Counted from the first letter of the stretch, positions 22,501 through 35,473 are shown. The stretch: 64,000 nt of DNA from Macrostomum lignano (GCA_002269645.1 NIVC01002444.1:62001-126000), one strand, 5' to 3'. Numbers and translations are program-made. The notes: a model not told the origin generated them from the letters alone.

Positions 22501-25500
22501 TCGAAAATTCACAGAATCGAAACTTCACAGATTCAAAACTTCACAGATTTGAAACTTCACAGGTTCGAAACTTCACAAAATCGAATCTTCACAGATTCGA
22601 AACTTCACAAGCTCGAAAATTCACAGAATCGAAACTTCACAGATTCGAAACTTCACAGAATCGAATCTTCACAGAATCGAATCTTTACAGAATCAAATCT
22701 TTACAGAATCGAATCTTCACAGAATCGAAACTTCACAAGCTCGAAAATTCACAGAATCAAATCTTCACAGAATCAAAAACTCACAGAATCGAATCTTCAC
22801 AGAATCGAATCTTTACAGAATCGAATCTTCACAGAATCGAATCTTCACAGAATCGAAACTTCACAAGCTCGAAAATTCACAGAATCAAATCTTCACAGAA
22901 TCAAAAACTCACAGAATCGAATCTTCACAGAATCGAATCTTTACAGAATCGAATCTTCACAGAATCGAATCTTCACAGAATCGAAACTTCACAAGCTCGA
23001 AAATTCACAGAATCAAATCTTCACAGAATCGAAACTTCACAGAATCGAAAATTCACAGAATCGAAACTCCACAGAATCGAAACTTCACAGAATCGAAACT
23101 TCACAGAATCGAAAATTCACAGAATCGAAACTCCACAGAATCGAAACTTCACAGAATCTAAACTTCACAGAATCTAAACTTCACAGAATCGAAACTTCAC
23201 AGAATCGAAAATTCACAGAATCGAAACTTCACAGAATCGAATCTTCACAGAATCGAAACTTCACAGAATCGAACCTTCACAGAATCGAAACTTCACAGGT
23301 TTGAAACTTCACAGAATCGAACCTTAAATGAATCGAAACTTCACAGAATCGAACCTTAAATGAATCGAATCTTCACAGAATCGAATCTTTACAGAATCGA
23401 ATCTTTACAGAATCGAAACTTCACAGAATCGAACCTTCACAGAATCGAACCTTAAATGAATCGAATCTTCACAGATTCGAAAATTTACAAGCTCGAAAAT
23501 TCACAAAATCAAAACTTCACAGGTTTGAAACTTCACAGAATCGAAACTTCACAGAATCGAAACTTCACAGAATCGAAACTTCACAGAATCGAAACTTTAC
23601 AGAATCGAAACTTTACAGAATCGAAACTTCACAGAATCGAAACTTCACAGAATCGAAACTTCACCAACTTGAACCTTGACGTCCCCAATTGGTGACTCTA
23701 TTTCTTAGCAGTAATTTCCCACCATTCACAATTGATCGGGTCCGCTGAATACTGAATTAGACTAGCCATCTATTCGGTTCTAAACTGGCTACTTATACGC
23801 TCGTAAGTAGTCATAAGCGGAATGCATGCACATATTCGGCACAAAGCAACGGTTTTCACGGCCGATGCATGCAGTAAGCGGGGCCACGCCCCCTGCGCAG
23901 CTCAGGCTGGCTAGATCTGGGGGGACACGCCCAGTCTCACAATGATTGAATTCCGCTTTTGACACAGGGAGGGGGACGCCTGCACTATAGCCCCATACCC
24001 CCATACAATAAAAATCGCGGGGCGGCTCAAGCCATTGGAAACCTTTCATGTTCATTTGTCCGACATTTTTTGTCCTCCTTTTTTGCTTGAATGCTTGCGT
24101 TTATTGGGCACCCAACCCACCATGCGATTTCAATTTGAAAATTGGCATTCATCTTAGCTCTCTGTCGGGCTTGTAAATGGATGCGATTTTCTCTGTCTCA
24201 CCAGTCGCCGTCAGCGGCCAGGCTTTTGCTTGAGGAGCTCCGCCGTCGTCTTCGATGATGCTCAGCATGGCAACCGGAGCCGTGACGGCAGCAGCAGCAG
24301 CAGTGGGCGCTGCCGTCACCGATTGCGGCCACTTCCTGCAGCTTGCTGGCTGCCAGTCTAAGGCTGGCGTCCACGTCTGAAGTGCTGCCACTGCCACGTC
24401 CGCCTCTGTTGGTTGAGGGTTGGTGCTAGGGTTATGGCTAGGGTTATGGCTAAGGTATGGCTAGGGTTATGGCTTGGGTTATGGCTATGGCTATGGCTAA
24501 GGTTATGGCTATGGTTATGGCTAGGGTTATGGCTTGAGTTATGGCTAGGGTTATGGCTAGGGTTATGGCTTGGGTTATGGCTAGGGTTATGGCTAGGGTT
24601 ATGGCTAGGGTTATGGCTAGGGTTATGGCTAGGGTTATGGCTAGGGTTATGGCTAGGGCTATGGCTAGGGTTATGGCTAGGGTTAAGGCTAGGGCTATGG
24701 CTAGGGTTACGGCTAGGGTTATGGCTAGGGTTAAGGCTAGGGCTATGGCTAGGGTTATGGCTAGGGTTATGGCTAGGGTTATAGCTAGGGCTATGGCTAG
24801 GGTTATGGCTAGGGCTATATGGCTAGGGCTATGGCTAGGGTTATGGCTAGGGTTATGGCTTGGGTTATGCCTAGGGTTATGGCTAGGGTTATGGTTAGGG
24901 TTATGGCTAAGGCTCTGGCTAGGTTAGGATTAGGGTTTAAGGGTTCTGATTTACTTATCTTGGTTGAGAAGGAGCTTTCTACACAGATGCAACCTAAAGA
25001 TTGCATGAATTTGTTTTGTTACCTGGTCTCCTGCAGGTATTAGTTAATTAGTAAATTCGTTAACTATTTAGTTATTACTTTAATCTAATTAATTTCGTTA
25101 ATTAATTAAGTAAGTTAATTAATTAGTTAATTCGTTAAGTAACAATAGAGAATGCTAAACCATGCCTGTAGGCCTTCCTCTTATTTTTCGCATTCGTGAA
25201 GTCCCTCCCTAGCAGTTGATTGATTAAATTTTAAAGCAATTGCTTCTGAGCGATTTATGATAAAAATAGAACTCGCAGACGCTGAGAAATGGCAGCAGAG
25301 TTTGTGCAGAATGCAATGCTCTATTATTTTAATTTTCAGCAGTTCACCAGCAACCCTAGCGGTCCGTCCCTATTGTCAAAGAAAAACTAGCAAAAAGCTA
25401 AAAACAAACAATTAGAAAATCAGACGTTAGCGAAGGACCCCAGCTACAATATTCTTTGTCATACTTTTCGAACAATTTTTTGTTGGCTTTGAATCAGATT

Positions 25501-28500
25501 TTTAAACATTTTTTTTCAAATGATGAACTGCCGGAGCTTCATCTATCATTGGCTACGACCAATAAATAATGACATCAATTTTGACTATGACCAATTATGA
25601 CATCAATTTTGACTATGACCAATTATGACAGATCAATTTTGACTATGATCAATTATGACAGATCAATTTTGACTATGACCAATTATGACAGATCAATTTT
25701 GACTATGACCAATTATGACAGATCAATTTTGACTATGACCAATTATGACAGATCAATTTTGACTATGATCAATTATGACATATCAATATTGACTATGACC
25801 AATCTATGACCAATATTGAGTATGAACAATCTATGACCAATATTGACTATGACCACTATATGATCAATACTGACTATGACCACTCTATGATCAATATTGA
25901 GTATGACCACTCAATGATCAATACTGACTATGACCACTCTATGATCAATACTGACTATGACCACTCTATGATCAATACTGACTATGACCACTCTATGATC
26001 AATACTGACTATGACCACTCTATGATCAATACTGACTATGACGCCCTATGATCAATACTGACTACAGCAAGTAGTGCATATATGACCAGTAAAATCCATG
26101 ACTCAGATTGCTTGTCATGCCTGTCACTGCGATGACATGATTATCGATTTTCAATTCCAAAGAGACTGTGCACCATCAGTGCAGTCTGCCCAGCCGAGCT
26201 CACCCAGCTGCTCTTGGCGGCATGTCCGCCGAGTTCTCCTTGGTCTGGTAGGCCGAGTCGCCCAGCCTGGCCTTCACTGGCGTCGGGCAGTCCCGCTCGC
26301 TGCGGCGGTGGCCGCGGTGACGCTGACACCGATTTCGGCTGCTGCTGCAGCTGGAGCGGCAGCTGCCCTGACGGTTGAGCGGCTGCGGCGGCGGCGGCGG
26401 CCCGGCCTGAGGCTTCTGTGTCGGCGCCGACTCAGTCGAAAGCTGCACCTCCGCCGCCGCGCCCGCTGCCGCAGCATCCGTTGCCGTTGCCGCCGCTTCA
26501 GATGTCGGCGACTGCCTAGACGATACGCTGGCAGTGTCGCCGCCGCTCTCCCGCGGATGCTCTGGCCCACCGCCCAAGCATTCGAATCCGAAGTCTTGCG
26601 CGAATTCGTTGTCGTTGTCGTACTCCAGCGCCCGGCGCCTCAGCCGGAGGAGTTGCCGCTGCCGCAGCTGCCTGCCAGCAGCCGGCAGGATCGCCGAGTG
26701 CGACTCGGTGGCGCGGCGGCTCCAGTCCTCCACGTAGATGAAGGTGTCCCCGGCCACGATGGGGGAGCGGCAGTCGCCAGCGACGTCCTCCAGCGAAGGC
26801 GTCGGCGAGGCCAGCCGCGGCGGGCAGAGCTCCGCTGCCGAGGCCGAGGCTGGCGCGGCCGCTGCCCAGGCGCCCTTCGTCGAGTAGGTAGACTTTGCTG
26901 AGGACGCTGCCACCGCCGCTGCCGCCGCCGAGGGCTCCGTCGCAAACGCCGCTGCTGAGGAAATCGGCGGCACGGCCAGCAACATTGGCGGCGGCGGCCG
27001 CGGCTGCGCGGACTCGCACAGCTGGCGGAGCTCCGCCCGGAACCGCTCAAGCCGGCGGTTCGCCAGCTCCTCGACGCGTCCTCTGGCGACGCCGGTATCG
27101 GTGCCGGGGCTGCAGGGCACCGCCGAGACCGACCGGCGCCGACGCCGCTCCCGACCCTGACGTCGGAGCTGCCGGCTGGAGTTGCGGCGCTCGCGCCCGT
27201 CGGCCTGACTTCCCGCCTCCCCCTGCTCCTCCTCCAACTCGTCCGCTGCAGCCGCTTCGGCAGCAGCCGCCTTGGCCGCGGCGCAGCTCATGTCCTCGAT
27301 GGAGTTGCACTTCACCGCCTGGGCACCCTTGGCTCGGGCCTCCGCAGCTGTGGGTTGCTGGGCCAGCAGCCACGAGGCCACCCCGCTGTTGAACTCGCCA
27401 CCGCAGCAGCTGGACGCCGACAGTCGCGGCTGCAAGGCTGGCAGCGGCTCCGCGTCCTCCGCCATCAGGCATCGCCGGCTTCGACTTCTTCGGCGGTGCT
27501 CCCGACCGCAGCTGCTCCCGGCCTCGGCGCCGCCTTCTCCGTGAAACCGCGCCCTCAGCACGAGCACCTCGGCCTGGAATCGACGCCAGCAGCGGCGGCA
27601 GGTGCAACCGGCGGAAGCCTGGCGGACCAGCCGGTCCAACAGTTGACGACGATTCGCCGCCGTCTCCGAGGTGTCCAGCGGGCCTTCAGCTGGCGGTCCG
27701 GGCGCCTCCGCCTCTGCCTCGGCCTCCTCCTGGCAGCAGCGGCGGCAGCGGCGCCCCGGTCTTCGCCGGGAACTTCCGCCGCCGTTCCAGCCTTCGTTAT
27801 CGGCGATGTTCAGTCGTCCAGCATCGCCTGCAGCCGACGACATCGCGGCGAAGTCGATGCAGCTCCTGCTGCCGCCGCAGACGCTACCGCCATGCCCGTC
27901 CCGGCTTCGGCGGTGCCGCCGACTGCGTCGCCGACTCGACGACTCGGCGGCTCCGGTGGCCGCCGTGGCAGCCGACTCGCTGGTGCCCGCGCTGGCCATG
28001 GTGGTCGTGCGGTTCCGCGCGAACGCTCGCCTCTTGCTTGAGCAGCGGCGGCTGCCGGCGCCGCCCTCCTCGCCTGTCGGCGAGTCCACGGTGAACAACA
28101 CGCTGTCCGCCGCGGTCCGCAGCGCCAGCCGGCTGGCCACCTCGTCAGCGAGGGCCCGCATTGCCGCTTCCGCTTCGGCCGCTTCGTCTGCTTCCGCCGC
28201 TGTGACCTCGGATGACCTGACGGCCAAGGGGCTCGAAGCGTGAAACTGCAGAGTCGGCGACTGCTGGATCGGCGACCTGCGGCCAGGGCCTTCGACGTGG
28301 TTGCTGGGAGTGACCTGCGGGAAAAATGTAAAAAAAGATGAACAACTGGCAGTTTGTAATCTGAACAATTCAAAACTGGATAATTGTTCTCGTCAAAATA
28401 CTTTAAATTCGCCATCCGTTCTGACGCAAGATGAAGTTTTCAGCATTAAATCAGACCGAGTGGACTCAGAAATGAGAGTGCACTTTTTATTGCAACTGCA

Positions 28501-30132
28501 ACTCCGTCTGCGTCTCCTACTGTAATGTCTCCTTTAATACCGCTCATACCGCTCTCTCTACGTCTCACCCCTTCTATCTCTCTCTACGTCTCTCCCCTTC
28601 TATCTCTCTCTACGTCTCTCCCCTTCTATCTCTCTCTACGTATCTCCCCTTCTATCTCTCTCTACGTCTCTCCCCTTCTATCTCCGTCCCACCCCTTCTA
28701 TCTCTCTCTCCCTCTCTTCCCTTCTATCTCCGTCTCACCGCTTCTATCTCTCTCTACGTCTCACCCCTTCTATCTCCGTCTCACCCCTTCTATCTCTCTC
28801 TCCGTCTCTCCCCGTCTATCTCCGTCTCACCCCTTCTCTCTCCGTCTCACCCCTTCTATCTCTCTCTGTCTCTCCCTTTCTCTCCGTCTCTCCCCTTCTA
28901 TCTCTCTCTGTCTCTCCCTTTCACTCCGTCCCACCCCTTCTATCTCTCTCTGTCTCTCCCTTTCACTCCGTCTCTCCCCTTCTAATTCCTTCCCTCTCAC
29001 TTCCACTAGAACTCTGGCTACATGTACTAGCATTGTTATTCTCAGCACGGCACTCGACCAGTCACTGTTGCAGGCAGCCTATCATATCTCAAAGAGAGCC
29101 GAGCCCTCATACCTCGCCAGCCTCCAAGTCAAAGTCGAACGCAGTCACTCCCGTGTACTGCCTCGCCTGGTAGCCTAAAATTTCAGAAAACAATGGGGGT
29201 CAAATTTCACGTACGTATTTCTTAGTAATAAAGACGGTAGTTTTAGTTAATAAAAACTATCTAGTAGAGACAAAATGCGTTAGAACAAAGAAAGTTCTTT
29301 GATCTTTCGCTATTGAAGTCAACCGAGACCTCTATTATTGAACAGACATTTAATATTAGATGCCTGCCTTTGAGGTGTGAAAATCTTTGAATCCATCTTT
29401 GTGTGTGCTATATCCGAGAGCTCATTATTGGCTCGTGAAAGTTCATTGTACTCTGTTGTCCCTCTTAGCCCTCATTATTGCATGCAAGAGCATGATATTG
29501 AATCTCTGTCATCTCCGTGTTATAAATATTAAATGCTAGATATTAGCGCCAAATTAGGCTAGATTTTAGCGCAAATTTAGATTAGATTTTAGCAATAAAT
29601 TAGTCGAGATTTTAGCGCCAATCTAAGTTAGATTTTAACGTCAATTTAGACTAGATTTTAGTGCCAATTAAATTAGATTTTAGCGCCAATTTAATTAAAT
29701 TTTGGCGCCGATTTAGACTAGATTTTAGCGGCCAAGTTAGACTAAATTTAAGCGCCAATTTAGGATCAAATGGGAAGACAATGCTGCTTCTAGATGTGCC
29801 TTAATGAGGCACAATGAGTTCTACTCACCCGAGCCGACAGTCGCGGCTTCCATCGCAAAAGCTCCATCAGCTGCCTCCGCGTCCACCGCTGAGGAGGCCT
29901 TCCAGCGGAACAGCCGGCACCGGGACAGGTCGTCTTCGTACTGCCGCTTGATGCAGGTGACGAGGCCCAGCAGCAGCAGCAGGCCAACCAGAGCGATGGC
30001 GCCGATCCAGAACGGCCCGTCTAGCAGGCTCTGCGGTATTGGCTGCGGCGTCGGACGCGTTGCCATGGTCACCGCCGCTGATGCTGCGGATGCCGCATCG
30101 ATGAAGCTTGGCGCCGGTGGCGTGGTTGCCAT
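19570..30132 (-). CDS. Orphan single-pass membrane protein, about 918 aa, with long low-complexity Ala/Ser/Arg/Cys-rich tail
   Basis: Five phase-consistent GT-AG exons: 30132..29829, 29174..29113, 28314..26204, 24405..24202, 19645..19570 (2757 nt). TM segment FWIGAIALVGLLLLLGLVTCI followed by KR. Minus-strand AATAAA cluster near 19269-19290. Confidence 0.72.
19655..23663. repeat. 16-bp satellite (gaaacttcacagaatc), 4 kb, with higher-order structure
   Basis: About 250 units; variant landmarks recur at 656- and 1040-bp spacing. Confidence 0.97.
24418..24930. repeat. 12-bp telomere-like repeat (ctagggttatgg)
   Basis: About 40 units. Confidence 0.92.
25570..26065. repeat. Abutting 30-bp and 27-bp AT-rich arrays sharing a gactatgac core
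   Basis: Tandem units. Confidence 0.9.
28545..28985. repeat. CT-rich degenerate repeat (ccccttctatctctctc core)
   Basis: Tandem degenerate units. Confidence 0.85.
29540..29762. repeat. ~21-22-bp AT-rich repeat (tagattttagcgccaat core)
   Basis: About 10 degenerate units. Confidence 0.8.
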
Positions 30133-30235
30133 CGAGACTGCGGATTACTGTGGGAGGTTAGCAACAACAAAAGGCTAAGGATAGGTGACTGAGGGACTGG
30201 AAGGAGAGGCGGAGGGAAGGAGTGGCTAAACAGTA

Positions 30236-30863
30236 TGAGTGAGGCTGAGTGAGTCTGAATGAGTCTGAGTGAGTGTGAATGAGTCTGAGTGAGTCTGAGT
30301 GAGTCTGAGTGAGTCTGAGTGAGTCTGAATGAGTCTGAGTGAGTCTGAGTGAGTCTGAATGAGTCTGAGTGAGTGTGAATGAGTCTGAGTGAGTCTGAGT
30401 GAGTCTGAGTGAGTCTGAGTGAGTCTGAATGAGTCTGAGTGAGGCTGAGTGAGTCTGAATGAGTCTGAGTGAGTGTGAATGAGTCTGAGTGAGTCTGAGT
30501 GAGTCTGAGTGAGTCTGAATGAGTCTGAGTGAGTCTGAATGAGTCTGAGTGAGTCTGAGTGAGTCTGAGTGAGTCTGAGTGAGTCTGAGTGAGTCTGAGT
30601 GGGGCTGAGTGAGGCTGAGTGAGTCTGAGTGAGTCTGAATGAGTCTGAGTGAGGCTGAGTGAGGCTGAGTGAGTCTGAATGAGTCTGAGTGAGTGTGAAT
30701 GAGTCTGAGTGAGTCTGAGTGAGTCTGAGTGAGTCTGAATGAGTCTGAGTGAGTCTGAATGAGTCTGAGTGAGTCTGAGTGAGTCTGAGTGAGTCTGAGT
30801 GAGTCTGAATGAGTCTGAGTGAATCTGAGTGAGTCTGAGTGAGTCTGAGTGAGTCTGAGTGAG
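30236..30863. repeat. 10-bp repeat (gagtgagtct)
   Basis: About 62 units. Confidence 0.95.
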
Positions 30864-31487
30864 TCCTATTGCGCAGACCACAGGGCAACGCAGAGAGCCA
30901 GCTGAAAGTGAGGGAGTTCAGCTGGAACTTACTTGCAAAGCCGGCGGCTCCAAGCGACCGTGGGCAGTTACTGTACCCTTGGTCGATGTTTTATCGACAT
31001 GCGCCGGTGCTAGATACTCGAGTATATGTAGTTCGATTGGGATAATGGGGACTCTCTGGCAGGCACTCTCACTGCTCCGCCCTTCCAGCAGCCAGTGATC
31101 GAAAGCCTGCAGCTTCATCCCGAGTTCCTCTTCTCTCTCCATCCGATCTCTCAGACTGGCGCAGCCTCCGGGGTGAAAGCTGACCCGGACAGGAGGCTGG
31201 GACTGCCTGCAATTATCTATTCGACAAATCCATTTGCATAAAAAATATTGTTGCATTCTCTGTACTCGCAGGCGGCTGTGGCCATGAGCTCTGCTTCCGC
31301 GTTTTTTTAGCACTAAAAATAAGAAACGCTTCTTGGGGTCAGTGGGGAAACTCGGACACCCCGTGACCTGTGGAAAATCAAAAAAATATCCTTGTACTTT
31401 TGCTGGCAGTGCAGGTTCTTCATCAAACGACCAACAACAGAGCTTTTTAGTGGTAGACTGTCTCGATAGCCCCGTGATTCTTGGGGG

Positions 31488-31748
31488 AGGCCGCTGTGCT
31501 ACCCCCATGGTCCTCAGGAGGAGACCGCTGTGCTACCCTTGTGGTCCTCAGGAGGAGGCCGCTGTGCTACACCCGTGGTCCTCAGGAGGAGGCCGCTGTG
31601 CAACCCCAGTGGTCCTCAGGAGGAGGCCGCTGTGCTACCCCCGTGGTCCTCAGGAGGAGGCCGCTGTGCTACCCCCGTGGTCCTCAGGAGGAGGCCGCTG
31701 TGCTACCCTTGTGGCCTCAGTGTGAGGCCGCTGTGCTACCCCTGTGGT
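31488..31748. repeat. ~34-bp minisatellite (gtggtcctcaggaggaggccgctgtgctaccc)
   Basis: About 7 units. Confidence 0.9.
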
Positions 31749-32239
31749 CCTCGCTACTAAAGAGACATCCTTGTAAAAACAAATATGAAAACAGAAGTAA
31801 CAGTAAATCTATAAGCTAGGCATAGGAGGCAGCCACTGGTTTTAAGCGCAATGTCTTATCACAAAAATTGATCTAAATGAACGCGCGGTGACTAATTATA
31901 AATGTACACCTGGGCCTGAATGTACAACCAGTGGCCTCACTGTCCTGTCCATTCTCACCCCCGAAACTCCGCCACAGGTGGGTAAACTGGCTGCGATGTT
32001 AGTTAACTGGTGTGTCCAATTCTTCAATATATATATAGCAGAGCTGTTCGCAATACTGCGTTTAGAAATATACTTTATTAAAGCAAAATCACCTTTGCAC
32101 CTATATTGCTAAGTAAGTATAATTATTGCTGTTTTGTATTGTTGCTATTTTCTATACTTTGATGAAATACGAGCTAACAATATCAACTTCTATGAGATAG
32201 AGTTAGCAAAGCTGTATCCAGGGCTCGTGGGTTCGAACA

Positions 32240-32840
32240 CCTGAGAGTCTAAAGGGTCCCGAGTTCGAGCACTGGAGAGTCTAGAGGGTCCCGAGTTCGA
32301 GCACTGGAGAGTCTAGAGGGTCCCGAGTTCGAGCACTGGAGAGTCTAGAGGGTCCCGAGTTCGAGCACTGGAGAGTCTAGAGGGTCCCGAGTTCGAGCAC
32401 TGGAAAGTCCTGAGGGTCCCGAGTTCGAGCACTGGCAAGTCTAGAGGGTCGAGAGTTCGAGCACTGGAGAGTCTAAAGAGTCCTGAGTTCGAGCACTGGA
32501 GAGTCTAAAGAGTCATAAGTTCGAACACCTGAGAGTCTAAAGAGTCCTGAGTTCGAGCCCTGGAGAGTCTAGAGGGTCGCGAGTTCGAGCACTGGAGAGT
32601 CTAGAGGGTCCTCAGTTCGAGCACTGGCGAGTCTAAAGAGTCCTGAGTTCGAGCCCTGGAGAGTCTAGAGGGTCGCGAGTTCGAGCACTGGCGAGTCCCA
32701 AGGGTCGCGAGTTCGAGCACTGGAGAGTCTAGAGGGTCCTCAGTTCGAGCACTGGCGAGTCTAAAGAGTCCTGAGTTCGAGCCCTGGAGAGTCTAGAGGG
32801 TCGCGAGTTCGAGCACTGGCGAGTCCCAAGGGTCGCGAGT
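32240..32840. repeat. ~31-bp minisatellite (gagttcgagcactggagagtctagagggtcc)
   Basis: About 19 units. Confidence 0.92.
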
Positions 32841-33357
32841 TTAAACATTCCGGAGATAACTGCGAGGCCAGAAATGGAACGCAGAGCACCCGAGCACTAA
32901 TGAAGTTGGCAATGGATTCATCATGCTACACTTACTAAGCTCTTAGCCCATCCAAACTACAGCAGCAGCCTTCAATTGGAGCTTAATCGATTTTCGATGG
33001 ACAGATGGGTAGCCTCGAGATGGAATGGTCCCAGGCGATGTCAATATTGATCAGCCCGAGTGCCCCAGCAACCACGCAGTGCTGCTGAGTTTAATGTGGA
33101 TTCCCGGCCAAGATCGACTCCCAAACAGACCTTGCTGCTTTTCGTGAAGATCAAAATAACAGTCAGTCTTCATGCAAACTGGCTTTCCTGGCTTCCAGAT
33201 CAATGAAAACTCGCTGGGGAATTGTATTCGGCTGTCTGTGCGATCGGCACTATGAAATGCTGATGGAAATCAATCTTTAATCTTCTGCAACCTTGTTTCT
33301 ATTCTTCGGTACTCCTGAATCTGGGTACCCTGATACAGTGTACCCTCCGATTCTGGG

Positions 33358-33893
33358 TTACCTGATTCCCAGTAACCGGTATCAGATTCCCAGTAACCAG
33401 TGCTCGATTCCCAGTAACCGGTACCGATTTCCCAGTAACAGGTACCCGATTTCAGGTAACCGGTACCCATTTCCCAGTAGCGGGTACCCATTTCCCAGTA
33501 ACCGGTACCCGATTCCCAGTAACAGGAACCCGATTCCCAGTAACCGGTACCCATTTTCCAGTAACAGATACCCGATTCCCAGTAACCGGTACCCGATTCC
33601 CAGTAACCGGTACCCGATTCCCAGTAAAACGGTACCCGATTCCCAGTAACCGGAACCCGATTCCCAGTAACCGGAACCCGATTCCCAGTAACCGGAACCC
33701 GATTCCCAGTAACCGGAACCCGATTCCCAGTAACCGGAACCCGATTCCCAGTAACCGGAACCCGATTCCCAGTAACCGGTACCCATTTTCCAGTAACAGA
33801 TACCCGATTCCCAGTAACCGGTACCCGATTCCCAGTAAAACGGTACCCGATTCCCAGTAAAACGGTACCCGATTCCCAGTAAAAAGGTACCCG
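33358..33893. repeat. 21-bp minisatellite (cccgattcccagtaaccggta)
   Basis: About 25 units. Confidence 0.92.
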
Positions 33894-33968
33894 AATTCTC
33901 ACCTGGAATTGACCAGGAGTGCATAAGAATGAAATTCTTACCCTCAGACTGTAAGCAGCAGCGTCAGC

Positions 33969-34190
33969 ATGAGCGCAGCGGGTCTATGCAACGCAATCCT
34001 GTGGCTACTGGTGCTGCTCCTACTCGCCTGGCCGCTGGGCTTCCTGTTGGTGTGGCTGTACATGCTGCTGTTGCCGTTCTCTGGCTGCATCCAGGCGCTG
34101 CGCTCCCTCACCGACCCGCTGCTGCACGTCGCCCAGCTGCCGCTGCGCTGCGCCGAGAACATGGTGCAGATGAAGCCGCTGTTCTCCTAG
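33969..34190 (+). CDS. 73-aa hydrophobic microprotein of unknown function
   Basis: GC-rich, codon-biased single-exon ORF; long hydrophobic N-half (LWLLVLLLLAWPLGFLLVWLYMLLLPF); acceptor-like ccctcag just upstream. Confidence 0.75.
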   Translation: MSAAGLCNAILWLLVLLLLAWPLGFLLVWLYMLLLPFSGCIQALRSLTDPLLHVAQLPLRCAENMVQMKPLFS

Positions 34191-34394
34191 ACTAACCAGA
34201 TGGTGCCTTCCAAGTACAGTTGCACTTGTATTACCATTGCTCATAGCACCTCACCTGTTTTTAACCAATCATGCCGAAGGAAACAATACTGTTTTGATTC
34301 ATTATTTGATAATATAAACTGATCATCCGATTCAGGCGAGCCCTAATTGAGTCTAACACCTCTCGCGTCTCCTACTTTTTCCTTGTAACTCATC

Positions 34395-34810
34395 TCTGTT
34401 CTCCCCTCTCCCCATCCTGTTCTCCTCTCCCCAACCCTGTTCTCCCCTCTCCCCATTCTGTTCTCCCCTCTCCCCATCCTGTTCTCCTCTCCCCAACCCT
34501 GTTCTCCCTCTCCCCATCCTGTTCTCCCTCTCCCCATCCTGTTCTCCCTCTCCCCAACCTGTTCTCCCTCTCCCCATCCTGTTCTCCTCTCCCCAACCCT
34601 GTTCTCCCCTCTCCCCATTCTGTTCTCCCCTCTCCCCATCCTGTTCTCCTCTCCCCAACCTGTTCTCCCTCTCCCCATCCTGTTCCCCTCTCCCCAACCT
34701 GTTCTTCCTCTCCCCATCCTGTTCTCCTCTCCCCATCCTGTTCTCCTCTCCCCATCCTGTTCCCCTCTTCCCATCCTGTTCCACCTCTCCCCATCCTGTT
34801 CTCCATCTGA
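34395..34810. repeat. ~20-22-bp pyrimidine-rich repeat (cctgttctccctctccccat)
   Basis: Tandem units. Confidence 0.9.
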
Positions 34811-35473
34811 CCATCTGTTCTCCTTTTTAAATACAACTGAGCATATTATTGCTCATAGCGATATTTTTACTACGAGAGTAATAAATTGGCTGAACGAACA
34901 TGCCCTGAGGGTTTGAGTCATTACTCATAAAAACGCGCTGACCAACATCCCCCACTCAAATATACACAACCATTTGCAGCCTCATGCCTGGCTTCAATTC
35001 TGTTTTGTGCGACATTGCGAGCGCAATAAAAATTTGAGACGTAGTATTCAATAATTAAATTAAATTAGATTCGCCGGCAGCTCCCTACGGGCTTGCTAGG
35101 ACAGAGAGAAATAATAAAAGGTTAAGAGGCCAGCACAGAAATAGCAATATTCAGTTCTGTTCTTCTGGAAGAGGAAAGCTCCGGCAGCAACACCGGCAAG
35201 GGAGTTGGCTCAGAGCGGCCATTTGGCGGGGCGGTGCCGGAGGGCGAAATTTCCCCGCTGAGATTCCCCCCTCGCTGCGGCGATGGCTATAAATAATATC
35301 CTTATGGGGCTGAACCCTGGATGCCTCGAATTCTAATTAATAATTCATGCTCGACATCCAACTGCTGCGAGATTAGGCAGTAAAGTCTATGAACTCGGCT
35401 CTGCTTGTCTGCCTGGCTGCACCTGCGGACACAGTAAAGCACCCGCTGTCCTGTAGTGTGATTGTGGATGGTA

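Noticed and set aside
19989-23695. Series of 200-300-aa ORFs (KLHRIETSQNRNFTES)
   Set aside because: Produced by the 16-bp satellite lying antisense within an intron of the minus-strand gene.
26098-28243. Multiple plus-strand and alternative-frame ORFs over the large GC-rich exon
   Set aside because: Shadow ORFs of GC-rich coding sequence; only the minus-strand frame links to phase-consistent exons.
32225-32840. GTTCGA motifs suggesting a tRNA/SINE B-box
   Set aside because: No A-box or cloverleaf, and the match to the B-box consensus is incomplete; simple minisatellite.
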